Positions 1-11,219 of a stretch of 64,000 bases of DNA are shown piece by piece. The notes beneath the pieces are model-generated. The model searched no databases and had not been told where the DNA came from. It was given only the letters and a program-made list of their open reading frames with translations. A program made the translations under genes and the position numbers. The stretch is from assembly GCA_937625935.1 (NCBI GenBank), contig OW569381.1:248001-312000 (forward strand). The letters run 5' to 3'. This DNA is from Tetramitus jugosus. Lineage: Eukaryota; Protista; Heterolobosea. Position 1 is the first letter of the stretch; the number at the start of each line of letters is the position of its first letter.

Positions 1-1690
1 CCTATACATTCCATCTACACTCTTCTGGAAAATTCGTAAACATTTCTTAAATATTTGCAGCGTAGTCATTCGATTTTGGAACAAGCCAAACAATAGAGCA
101 TAGCCACCCACTTGTCCAAACGTGTTCACATTGCGCAAAAAGAAGGAGGAGAGATGTCTGTTTGTCTTTGTTGGAAAAGCAAATATAAATTTGTCATAAT
201 TCGTGTTCCACGTCGCGTTAGAATTTGCATTCATCACAGCACTCCAACGTTCCACATCCTGCAACAACAAGTATTTGTTCAATGTCCCAATAACCAACAA
301 GAACAACAAAATTAGAGTGTTAGATCGGTACACAAATTATAAACACCATTATCGTTTCCAGTAAATAGGACACATACCTTTTGGAATATGTTACTATGCT
401 GAGCATAGACACTATTGTTCGCATAGAATGGATTTCGACATTGCATGATAATCTCAACTGTTTCACACAGGATGTACGCCTCACTCTCCGCATCCTTCCT
501 CGACTCAGCTTCTTCCTTTGATGAGGAAACAGATGAGCACTCTGTTGCATTACTGTTGCGCGCAGCAGACAAGGACGTTGATGGCAACGATGCTGCCAAT
601 GACGACAACAATCCAGCAGAGGAAGAAGAAGACGAGGACGATGATGATGAAGATCGTGGTGGCGATGGCTGTTGATGTTGATCAGCAGAAGCAGCAACCC
701 CTGTTATCGATGACGATGATGAATAAGCTGCCGCTGCAGCATTCTTTGCCTTTTCTCGCTTCTCCAAAAACTTTGCTTCTTCTTCCTTCTTGTCCAACAG
801 ATAATACTCGAGTTGCGACACAAACAGTGCAATGACACGACTAAACAGTAGATTAATAACTTCAGCCAACGATTTTCGAATATTGTTCTTGCTCATGAGT
901 GAACGAACCAATCGATTCAAAAATTCCTTGATAAAATAACGTCCATTCTCCGATTTTATCTTCTCCTTCTTGTTCAACAGGTGCTCCACGAGTGAATTGA
1001 TATTATTTACAAGCGTTTCACAAGAATCACCAAAATCAGCTTCATATATGAAAAAAAATATTCAAGTTTTACGAGTTAAAACACGCGAACTCTCCTGATC
1101 CCAAAAAAACAAAGAATTTGTAGTTGTCGTCGTCGTCGTCGGACATTTCAAAAAAACTTACTCTTTGCGGTGTGTTCCCAGAGAGAACCCTTCTCTCTAA
1201 ACAATCTGACTGTCATTTGATCAAAATCCGTAATTAAATCTTGCCCCACTCGATTCGGTGTCGAAGCCACAAGTTCTCCCCCTAGTGCACTCGTTGGTGT
1301 ACCATTAAAAAAAAGTGAAGTTGAAGAAGGAGTGGGTGGTGCGAGAGAGACGAGAGCTGATGTTGGTGTCGATGGAACCATCATGATTGGCGTCGTTGTT
1401 GTCACATGTTGTTGATTGAAGCGTATTGAGCCAAGAGCTTGACTGTTGTTGTAATTGTTGTTGATTTGATGAAGAGGAAGAAATGTTCCTGATGATGAAG
1501 CTCTAGTGGGTGATGTTGATGATGATGATGAGAGAGGTGCAGCGACAGCAAAGGAACTGGTGGAGGGCGTAGGTGGTGAAGTATCAATGGTTAGCTTAGG
1601 GTTCGACCTGTTGTTGTTGTTGCTGTTGTTGTTCGTTGTTGCCGAAGTTGTCGTGGTGTTGGTGGTGTTGGATCCACGATGTTGGTCCAT
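1..1690 (-). CDS. 5' part of a large protein, possibly a USP9X/USP24/USP34-type ubiquitin hydrolase N-terminus; runs off the left edge
   Basis: ATG at 1690. Introns 1040-1161 (GTAAGT..AAG) and 259-377 (GTATGT..CAG) join ORFs 1148-1690, 312-989 and an open exon 1-258 in frame. The last exon reads FLRNVNTFGQVGGYALLFGLF, similar to the LxNxFGxxxGF motif of USP9X/24. No catalytic domain is in the window. Confidence 0.55.
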
Positions 1691-2552
1691 TCTGACTTTT
1701 TTTTTTTATTTCGTGTGGTTATTGATTGATATTTCTTATTGTTGTTGATATTTGGTTGTTCTTTGTTGTTTCAGCTGTTGTTTTTGTCCGTCTGCGCTCG
1801 ATTTGGCTCTATATGGCAAATCGAGAGCGGAAGATTTCGGATCCGTCCGGAGCGGTTCTTCAAGAGCTATACGACGTCGCTCGTCTACGATGATGTCTCT
1901 TATTCTCCTATTTCTTGTCACGAAGAAATTCATCACCGATTTCAATAGTTTTGTCTAGTGCCTGCATTCTGTATCAGAAAAACCTTGAGCTTGTCATGGG
2001 AGATCCATGGTAGGCGGTACTCAGAATCAGAACCAGAGGTATAATTCGGATTTGCTTCACCAGTAATTACTACACCTCTCATGACTGAACTATGGATTTC
2101 AACCCGGATCACTTATTTTTCCAGTTTTCGGTTGCCTGTCTATCCTTTGCTTACATGAGAAGGGCTATAGAATTGGACTCACAATAGGTAACCGTCTTTT
2201 CGATGAAAGAGTCATCTCGTCCGCTATCAGCAGCCGAGTGCGCGATTGGCTTCAAGTAACTTAAGGTCTTCTCTGTAATAGATTTTGAAGTCAACCAATT
2301 TCAATCATTTCTTCCTTCTTGTTCTTCCCACACTCATTTTCATTGCTTCTTTCACTTGAAGGTTAATAACTGTTTCATTCTCTTTACTTTGTGGTTCGAG
2401 GAATCAGAAACTCTTTACACCGAACAACCAAGTGAAATGGTTTAAAGATAGGAGACCACTCGAGAACCTTCAGTCAAGTAGGTATTTGTTTTTTGGCGCC
2501 AGTTCTGTTGGCAGTTACAATTACTACTTGATCGGACTGTGAAACAATCAAA

Positions 2553-4573
2553 ATGAGAAGTTTTAAGTCTCGATATTCAGTAAAGTGTAAAGAGCTTCAC
2601 ATTGAACCATTGCAAAGCATTGTTCATTTGTCTGAGGACCTCGATACTACTCCAGCGCCCATCCTTAACCTAGGTGAGCTCACTCTCGGTCAGAAGAATG
2701 CTGTTGCCATTGGATATGCGCTAGAAGGAAACGAAACTTTTGTGGAAATTATATTATCTGAGAGTTACATGGGAGATGAAGGTTGTGTTGCGATTTGTAA
2801 TGCTCTCGTGAAGAACAAAACTTGTCAATTGTTGAATCTCAAGGGTGGCAACATCAATGCGAAGGGAGCAGCAGCTATTGGCAGGTTGCTAAAGTTGAAT
2901 CTGACAATTCAAACTTTGATATTAGAGTGGAACGGTGTCGGTGTGTATGACACTGGAATCATGGAAATCGCTAGCGCTCTAAAGTCGAACAGAACCCTGT
3001 TAGGTATGGTCACATTTCATTGAAAAATCATGAATAGAGATGAGTTATTGAAACCTATGTTCTAATTTGCATAGCACTGGATTTAAGAAACAACAAGATT
3101 ACACCTGAAGGAGCCCACATTCTCGGAGCGGCTCTGAAAGACAATGCATCACTTCTAACTGTGGATTTAAGGTGGAATAGTATGGGTGTCAGTGGTGGTA
3201 GATACATAGAGGATATGCTCCGCGACAACCACACACTTCTTGAGCTCCATGTTGCAGGAAACGAAGTTGACTATAAGACTCAACAAGCTATTGATTCGCT
3301 ACTTATCAGAAATAGAGAACGTAAATTAACATCAGAGAAGGAGCTGGCTATGACGGATCGATTGCAACAAGAGTTGAATCATTCCCAACATATTCAACAC
3401 CGAAAGATTCAAAATCTACAAGAACAAATTATTAACCAGCAAGACGACTACTCTAAACAAATGATCAATAGTCAGAAGCGATTGAATACTTTAGAAGATG
3501 ACTACTATTCTGTTTCCCAAAAGCTGCAGGAAACCGAACGATTGTATAAAAAGGAGAAAGAGAGTACTGAGGAGTTGAAAAAACAATTGGTAGACCTATC
3601 AGAGGGAGAATTGCCTTCAACAAAGAAAAGACTGGACAAGGAGATTTTGGAGCACAATGAATCGAAGAAAACTGTTCTTCTTTTGTCTTCAGAATTGAGA
3701 GAAGTCAATGATAGAATGGGTGCCATGGAAGCGGAGTTGAAGAGAGTCACTAATATCAGTAGAAAACAGATGGAAGATTTGGAGAGCAAGGAAGAGAAAA
3801 TCCTTACTTCGAGTCACAAGATTTCCTCGCTCGAAAATGACAAGAATGACTTGAACAATCAACTTACTGAAGCAGGAAGAAGAATCGATTTCCTGCAGAA
3901 TAATGTCCGAAGCTTGCAGTTGATAGAAGCAGAGTACAGCAAGATAAAAATGCAGTACCTTGAGATGAAGTCGACTCATGAGAAGGAGATTTCTGATATT
4001 AGGAACTCTTACAGGAAAGAAAAGATGGATTATGAGAGATTGTACGAAGAGAGAAAAGAATCATTGTTGAACAAGGTGGAAGCGAGTAACAAGGAAGTAA
4101 GTGAGTTAAAACAAGAAATTGCCAACAATACATTGTCCAGAGATGCTTTGGTAAAAGAGTACGAGAAGAAAATGGAAAAACTATTGGATAAGATGCGAGG
4201 AGTAGAAGCAGAAAAGTATCAATTGCAATCAGATTTTGATAAGTTGCAAGTCGAAGCTAAACACTTGAAGTTTAATGCCAATGAAGTTAAGAGCAAATCG
4301 AAGGAAGAGAGGAAAAATTTTGAAGGAAAAATAACTCAATTGAACGAACAATTAGAGTCCCTAATGCATTCGTATCAAACCGAAAAGGATGCAACAGAAA
4401 GAAAGTTGTCTCTCAAGGCCGAAGAAACAAGTAAACTTCAATCAGAAGTGCGAGAATTGCAGTATGAGAGAGCCAAGTTGAATGAACATCACGAGAAGCA
4501 GCTATTGTCAATTGAAAATCAATTGATAGGTCAAGTGAAACAGCTGATTCATGACGCACGGAAGATAAAGTAA
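2553..4573 (+). CDS. LRR (RNI-like) + long coiled-coil protein, LRRC45-like centrosome/basal body protein
   Basis: Intron 3004-3074 (GTATGG..TAG) joins the two ORFs in frame. LRR motifs LNLKGGNI, LILEWNGVG, LDLRNNKI and DLRWNSMG are followed by about 400 aa of coiled coil. Confidence 0.75.
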
Positions 4574-4575
4574 CA

Positions 4576-5799
4576 TTATCTTCTTTTATTGTCCCACAAG
4601 TCAATTAGGGACTCTCTTAGTGTATGACACTCAGAGTTCAATCTATCTATCTCTTCTCGTGAAGATTTCTTCAATTGTTCAAGACCTGACTCGGCATTAT
4701 CTCTCTGAAGCTGTAAAATAAGAGTTCTATTTTGAATATCCTTAAAGATTTCTAATAATTCATCCTTCTCCTTTGAACCTATGCTACGGGAAAGTTTTAC
4801 AATCCTTCTTTTGATCTCTAATTTTTTCTCCGTATCTACAAAGTTCCTGCTATTTGACATCCGCAGATTATTATTGTTGGTAGTTGAGAATATCTCATCT
4901 ACAACTGATCCGATATCCTCTTCGGGAAACGTTTGAATTCCCTTCTTGCATGTCTGATGAGTCAGTAGCTTCATTACAGATTCTAATTTGGAATGTGCGT
5001 CATGTAGAAGATCGCTGATATCTTGTTTGTATTCACAAAACCGTTCTTCAAAATCAACATTTTTGTTGTTCCATTGGGCGAGTAATTGGACATACTCTCG
5101 TTTCAAGAGCTCCATCTCTTCATTCCTTGACTTGTTACTGCTGTTGATAGCTGTAGGATATTCGAGTGATGGTCTAAGAGATGTACAGATCTCTGGCATC
5201 TCTTGTCTAAAATCTTCAAACAGGTTTCTCTTCTTGATGTACAGAATCATCTGGTCATAGTTGGTCAGTAAAAGTTGATTGTTATCATACAACTTTTCAA
5301 GTGATTCTTGCATTTGATGTAGGTCACTCTTGGATATCAACATATGATCCAAAGAAATATCCCCAGTATCATTTAAGTTCCCTTTCTCCAAATTCAACTC
5401 CCTTGCTCGATCCAATACATCAAATGCGTGTTTAACTTTTTCTATCACGTATTGTGTCTGTGGTAGAGATAGTCTCGTGTTGTGGGAAGCTTCAGATTTG
5501 CAAGAGAGTTCATGAAGAGAAATGTACTGTCTTTCATCTTTTCTTCTTAGGGATGTTGAGTCATCCTCTTGAGTTTCTCTTAATCGTTGATATCCATCTG
5601 ATAAACTCTTTGATACCGAACCTCGCTTGCTCTTTCGTGGTGAATCTTTGTATTCCTGGACGTGATGAAAGAAAGGATCACTCGAAGCATTGTTGACAGA
5701 GCGAACAGTTCTAGAATTGCTCGGTACGGAAGGAGTGAATGTTGAAGATGAAACAGAACCATTCTTTCCATACCTTCTAGGTGGACCTTTTGTCGACAT
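4576..5799 (-). CDS. Hypothetical coiled-coil protein (407 aa)
   Basis: Long ATG-initiated ORF with a Ser-rich N-terminus and heptad-rich C-terminus. No family recognised. Confidence 0.65.
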   Translation of the reverse strand: MSTKGPPRRYGKNGSVSSSTFTPSVPSNSRTVRSVNNASSDPFFHHVQEYKDSPRKSKRGSVSKSLSDGYQRLRETQEDDSTSLRRKDERQYISLHELSCKSEASHNTRLSLPQTQYVIEKVKHAFDVLDRARELNLEKGNLNDTGDISLDHMLISKSDLHQMQESLEKLYDNNQLLLTNYDQMILYIKKRNLFEDFRQEMPEICTSLRPSLEYPTAINSSNKSRNEEMELLKREYVQLLAQWNNKNVDFEERFCEYKQDISDLLHDAHSKLESVMKLLTHQTCKKGIQTFPEEDIGSVVDEIFSTTNNNNLRMSNSRNFVDTEKKLEIKRRIVKLSRSIGSKEKDELLEIFKDIQNRTLILQLQRDNAESGLEQLKKSSREEIDRLNSECHTLRESLIDLWDNKRR

Positions 5800-5874
5800 G
5801 TTATTAGTTTTATGACCGTTAGGACACTTGGCATGTTCTGTCTCAAATTCTCATTTACTAATCGCATCGTTCTG

Positions 5875-6250
5875 TTAAGGCCACTTTTCTGCAATGGTAC
5901 TCTCATTTGCTGTCTCAAAGGACTTCATATCCTGAGGTTTGTGATGAATCAACAACAGAGAAGGTTTTTCTGCATTTTGTACTCCAATAGTAGCATAACT
6001 TGCTGCAATCTCAAGAACATTGCCTGTATAGGAACTATTACTGTCATCTAACAGACACACACACAACGAGATGAGATGTGACATAGGCCAATCGAGGGAG
6101 ATGTTGTTTGACAGAGTTTCTTCTCGAATCGTAAGAGCACTCCTCATACATCACCTCCTTTTTTTCTTCGTCTAAGGGGATATAGTCCTGTCCAGAATTA
6201 CCCTCCATATCAACCATAATACCACGTTGATTATCTTGACTAATATCCAT
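5875..6250 (-). CDS. Possible small spliced hypothetical protein
   Basis: ATG at 6250 follows a typical leader. Two overlapping ORFs (6044-6250, 5875-6147) are separated by an intron-like TG-rich segment ending in TAG near 6048. The donor site was not resolved. Confidence 0.3.
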
Positions 6251-6713
6251 TCAGGAGTTGTCTGAATCAGAGAAATGGACGTTGATGTTTTCGTTGAAGC
6301 TTCTCCTTCACTTCTTCGGAGAAACACATATCAACCTCATCAGCCAAATGGAACAACCCAAAGCCAAAATCGTCGACATGAACTCCGTGTGTCTCAGAAT
6401 CTCAACAAAACAACAAACAACAACAAAAATCGATTCGTGGATGGCCCAAACAACAAAACTCTGCTGCAAACAATAACACACATACAACAACTCTGATTTG
6501 ATGAGCATCAGCCGCAAAAACAAGAATCTCAACAAAAAACACAAACAAAAAACCGCACAAGAAAAAGCCGCCAATAATTACTCCGTAAGCACTACAGCGC
6601 ACACCAACGATCACTCCGCCACCGCCACAGCAGCCACCACAACCACCACAACCACCACTCTCACACATCGAAGAACTTGCACAAAAGCTTCTTCTTCATC
6701 ACGACGCCTCGAC

Positions 6714-8210
6714 ATGAGTCACTCACCACCACAGTCTTACAACAACAATAACGACAACAATCCATTTCACAACTCTGTACATACTCACAACAACAACGAA
6801 GACACACGAAGCAGCATGGACTCATCCACAGCAGAAGAAAGTGACCCCATGTTAGCTTCTTCTTCCTCCATCAACACTCACATGAGTGTCTATCAACAAC
6901 AACAAGCACAATCATTGCACCCACATGATGACACATTATCATTAGACGAAGCCATTACCATGGATGAAGATCCATTTTCTTCCCGCCAAAAAATTCACTA
7001 CAGTCGCAATCAAAAAATGAAAAATTTGGGTGATGGTTCACGAGAGAAGCTTCAAGACAATAACAACAATACTAACAACACTAACAATGCAATCAACTAT
7101 AGAGACACGAATGATGATGATGATGAACTCTCTATTCAATCCAATGAAAGACATCATGAAGAAGCTTCATCAGAGCACAAGGGAGATTACACTACTCTAG
7201 TGTATCATGTGCCTCAGAGCTTTGAAAAAACTTGGCAAAAATTTGATGATTTTTGGATCTCCATTTGTCAAAAACCACATCAATGGAAGATTGTGAAAAT
7301 GTTTTGTAGGTTCATTACGTTTCTCACTGCCATTGAAATTGGAATTACCACACCGTTTGTGCTGTATGCACTTGGATGGGACTTTCTTGCCACAGTTGCA
7401 CTCTATTTGATGATTAGTTTGAGTGTAGTGTCTCAATTGCCTAAACGATTTATTTTTAGAAAGAGACCACATGTGGCTGGACGTGCAGTGAGATTGAGCA
7501 AGGACCATACTTCATCTTTTCCATCGAGAGCAGTGACATGTGCTGTTTTGTACTCTGTTTTTATTTGTTTTGCAATCAGGTATACGACGAGAGAGAATGC
7601 GAGTGCAAATTTTGCATTTTGGTTCTGGGTTTGGCCCGTTGTCATTGGATCATTCTTGGTGACGAGTTTTGCACGAGTTCATCTCGGTGTTCACTATCCA
7701 TCGGATTGTTTGTTTGCAGTGGTGCAGGCTGTGATTTGTATGATGTTGGGAGCAGGACTATTCCTGTTGAACACTGTATTCTGTCCTTCGTGTCACTCTG
7801 CCAAGTGCTATGCAGCCATTGCGAATCATATCACGCTGTCCAATATGAAGAATGTGAATTGGCTGTTGTTTTCAGGTGTCACAGTTCTCATGATGCTCAT
7901 TGCAGTCATTACGGTAGCTGTTAACTTTTTTGTCAAGTTTCATCACGTGTTTGGAATGACGTTGCCTTGCTTGGCATTCCAACTCGTTGCCCTCTGTCCA
8001 GATCTCAGCTGGAACAGGAAAACTGGCCTAAGTGCTCCAGTGCAGTTTGCTCCAACTTGGCCCTCCTATTTATTTGCTGCTGGTTGCGGTATTATACTGA
8101 CTGCTGTTGGAATGTTGGCACCCAAGGGAAAGACATCCATCATCACATTTAGTCTCATGTACGCAACAACATTTGTGGCTCTGCTATTGTGGAGAGCTGC
8201 TTATATTTGA
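6714..8210 (+). CDS. PAP2-superfamily (lipid phosphate phosphatase-like) multi-pass membrane protein
   Basis: Motif 1 KRFIFRKRP, motif 2 SFPSRA (normally PSGH), motif 3 ARVHLGVHYPSD, and several TM helices. The start is probably ATG 6714; the frame is open from 6498. Confidence 0.85.
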   Translation: MSHSPPQSYNNNNDNNPFHNSVHTHNNNEDTRSSMDSSTAEESDPMLASSSSINTHMSVYQQQQAQSLHPHDDTLSLDEAITMDEDPFSSRQKIHYSRNQKMKNLGDGSREKLQDNNNNTNNTNNAINYRDTNDDDDELSIQSNERHHEEASSEHKGDYTTLVYHVPQSFEKTWQKFDDFWISICQKPHQWKIVKMFCRFITFLTAIEIGITTPFVLYALGWDFLATVALYLMISLSVVSQLPKRFIFRKRPHVAGRAVRLSKDHTSSFPSRAVTCAVLYSVFICFAIRYTTRENASANFAFWFWVWPVVIGSFLVTSFARVHLGVHYPSDCLFAVVQAVICMMLGAGLFLLNTVFCPSCHSAKCYAAIANHITLSNMKNVNWLLFSGVTVLMMLIAVITVAVNFFVKFHHVFGMTLPCLAFQLVALCPDLSWNRKTGLSAPVQFAPTWPSYLFAAGCGIILTAVGMLAPKGKTSIITFSLMYATTFVALLLWRAAYI

Positions 8211-8714
8211 ATAATTCTTAATTTATTAATTAAACTCATGGATAAAAGAGTCCATGTCCAATACAACAACGAACAATCGTTTCACAGCACCACAAGAAAC
8301 AATTTACCAACCCAACTCAACATACACCTCCTACAATCAAATTCAATCTTCAACCAATACGATCAACACTCATTCAGCGAAAAACACACTCACACGCCAT
8401 CACTCGAGAGATACAAATATTAAAAATATAGGTGGAATATAGAAAATATATAGATAACAATTTACTATTCATTCGCCAATCGATCACAAAAAAAATCGTC
8501 CAAAACTGATCCAATTCTTTTGCGCATCAACTGGTTCAATAAAACATTCAACAAATTACAATGAGTTCAAACACATATAAATGTGATCACAACGATAACA
8601 ATTTTGAAATCGCAACGAACACTGACGCGCATTCATTATCATCATCATACTATCATCATTATCACCACCACCACACTATATCATCATCATCACTCCATTT
8701 TCGCACTTTTAAAT

Positions 8715-9164
8715 TTACTTGCTTTCATTCTTGAAATAAACGTCCAAGTCCTTGTCCAAATCAGCCTCTGATTTTTGAGCCTTCTTCTCAACACGTGGTT
8801 GCGATGATTGTTGTGCCTTCTTATTTGCCTTCTTTTCACTTGATTGTGGTACCTTCTTGGTCTTCTTATCACTAGATGGTGTTCCAGTCTTTCTCTTTTC
8901 ATCACCCTTTCCTCTCTTTTTAATGCCAGCACCATTGTTTTCTTTTGTGGCAGGTGATTTGGCCTTTGTAATGATATTTTTCTTTGGTGTGCCTGATGAT
9001 TTCTTTTGTTCCTTTTGTCTCTTGTGAATCATTGCAAATCGTTCACTGAGTGACATGTTGGTGCCTTCATTGACATTGGAGCTTCCTCCAGTGGTGACTT
9101 GTCTGCCTTGAGATCCAGTGGATACGCTAAGTTCTCTTGGTGTTTTGACTTGACGGTGGCTCAT
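8715..9164 (-). CDS. CHTOP/FOP-like small basic mRNA-export adaptor
   Basis: MSLSERF resembles the CHTOP N-terminal MSLNERF. The C-terminal KSEADLDKDLDVYF is a UAP56-binding/FoP_duplication-type motif. Confidence 0.6.
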   Translation of the reverse strand: MSHRQVKTPRELSVSTGSQGRQVTTGGSSNVNEGTNMSLSERFAMIHKRQKEQKKSSGTPKKNIITKAKSPATKENNGAGIKKRGKGDEKRKTGTPSSDKKTKKVPQSSEKKANKKAQQSSQPRVEKKAQKSEADLDKDLDVYFKNESK

Positions 9165-9462
9165 GATTGTTGTTTTTTGTTGTTGTTGATCGTTGTTGTT
9201 GTTTGCTGTTGCTTTTTTTTTTACGAAATCAAATTCTGCTTTTCATTGGAGGGAAAATGAGCGGTTTTTTCATGAGGCGGTCAATTTTTATTCCGAATCG
9301 AATTTTGTTCGTTGGCGCGACAATCAAATCTGGTTGCTGCGGGAATTGGAGCTGTGTGCGACATCCCCCCAATATTGAGTTTCAGCTGCATGTGAAAAAA
9401 AGCAAAGCAAAAACAAAGCACAGACATTTCAGCATCAATAACAAACAGACCAACAACAACAA

Positions 9463-10630
9463 ATGAAGAGAACAGCTGTAGGAAGCAAGCCTCAACCCTC
9501 CAAATTGCACATTCCACATCACTTGGCTCATGCTGTAGGATGTGGTTCTGACTGCACCGTGGAAAGCTCACCAAAAATCAGGTGTAGCACACCACAAGAG
9601 TTTGGATGTATTCCTCACCACGCCATTGAGAGATTTATTACCTCGGGATATCGATTGAACCTGTCATGGAAAGAAGCTTTCTTTTCCCTCTTTTCTCTGC
9701 ACAATGAAACCATGTATGTTTTTTTGTTGTTTTCATAGCTTGAAAGCTTTTATGTGTGAGCTCTTAGTTTTTGTTGTAAAAAACTGCATGTTTGCGCGCT
9801 TTTTATTTGTGCGCTTTTCTTCTTTTGTCGAAAGCTTATCGTGTTGACTGACACTCTGTTTTTTGTTCTGTGTGTGCTTGTAAAAATGAAGAAACATTTG
9901 GACTGCTTTGATAAGCTTTGTCTATTTCCTGGTCGTTTTGTTCAGAGTGATTTTTGTGTGGGATCTGGGTAGTGTCTATCACTCTGCAGCTTACATTGTC
10001 TATGCTTGCTCTGCCATTTATACGTTTGGTGCTTCATTGACCTATCATTGGTTCAATTGTGTCTCTGACCATCATCATGCCTGTTTATTGAGAATGGATA
10101 TTTCTGGTATTGGATTTTTGATTCTAGGTTCCTTTTACCCGCCAATGTACTATGCGTTCCACTGTCATCCATACTGGGGAATATTCTATACAGTGCTGGC
10201 CACTGTTCTCTGCTCGGCTTGCTCTCTGATGATGCTTACTCCAAAGTACTGTGGTGATGACTATAGACAGTTCCGATTGGCTGCGTTCGGTAGTGTTGCC
10301 GCAATAGGCATCTTGCCAATTGTTCACCTGTTTTGCATTTATGGATTTGAGAATGCATTGTTCATTGAGAAGATGTCTGGTGTTGGCCACATGTATTTGC
10401 TGTATGCTGTCGGTGGATTCTTCTATGCTTTCAAGATTCCAGAGAGATTTGCACCAGGAAAGTTTGATTACTGGTTCCACAGTCATCAATTCTGGCACGC
10501 GTTTATCTTTTTGGCCACTTTTGCTCATTTCACCAGTCTGTTGCAAGTGATGAAAACTTTTGATGTTAGCCCTTGCTTTGGAAAACATGATGAGTTTGTG
10601 GATAACATTGTGCAACATTTTGTCAAGTAA
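9463..10630 (+). CDS. PAQR/adiponectin-receptor (hemolysin III) family 7TM protein
   Basis: Intron 9714-9891 reconstitutes HNETINIWT. Also ITSGYR, SLTYH, RMDISGI and PERFAPGKFDYWFHSHQFWH. Confidence 0.92.
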
Positions 10631-11219
10631 TTGGACCGATAGATCATGACATATCCAGAGTTATTATTGTGTGAAAGAGAAAACTGGCACAGAGAATATT
10701 GCTTACAAGTATGGGTTTTGCTCAATAAGATATTTATTACGAACCTGAATTCAACCATCCTTTTGAGAATGACTTTCTAAGATGTTCAGGCAACCCATAA
10801 AAAAATAGCCATCATTGGCTCTCTTCCTTTTCAAATTTGTTGTCCGTTTGAAGTTGGCAAGAAATCACTACAGCATTAGACAACTTTTACTTGAAAGACA
10901 GTCCCAGAGAAGGGGATCCCGCAAGGGGTGATTTCTGTTTGCCATTCTTTGAGGCAGAACTTTTGGTCGGTTCAGAACAATGCTCAAGTATGCATAGTTA
11001 AGGTCCGATTAAGCTTAGCTGTTGATCATCGCGAACACCTGGTCGAATCCTTTTCATCTCAGATCTGGCAAAGGAAAAAATACACCCACATTTTGCAATG
11101 TAACAGAAATATTTCAACATCCAATAACGTATGCAAAAAACCGCCGTTACTCTCACCTCATACACTTTTCCAAAAAATACTTCAAATACAACGAAACCTC
11201 TTTTCACTAACAGAAATCC

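Noticed and set aside
1736-2300. Short ORFs and a possible spliced minus-strand gene between two divergent genes
   Set aside because: I could not build a consistent exon chain; candidate splices hit stop codons.
6258-6713. CAA/ACC-rich ORFs and the N-terminal extension of ORF 6498
   Set aside because: CAA-rich low-complexity leaders precede many genes here and lack stop codons by composition. They are treated as UTR or promoter.
9892-9910. PAQR motif I reads NIWTA instead of NIWTH
   Set aside because: The zinc-ligand motifs SxxxH, D and HxxxH are intact, so this single change is not enough to claim altered function.
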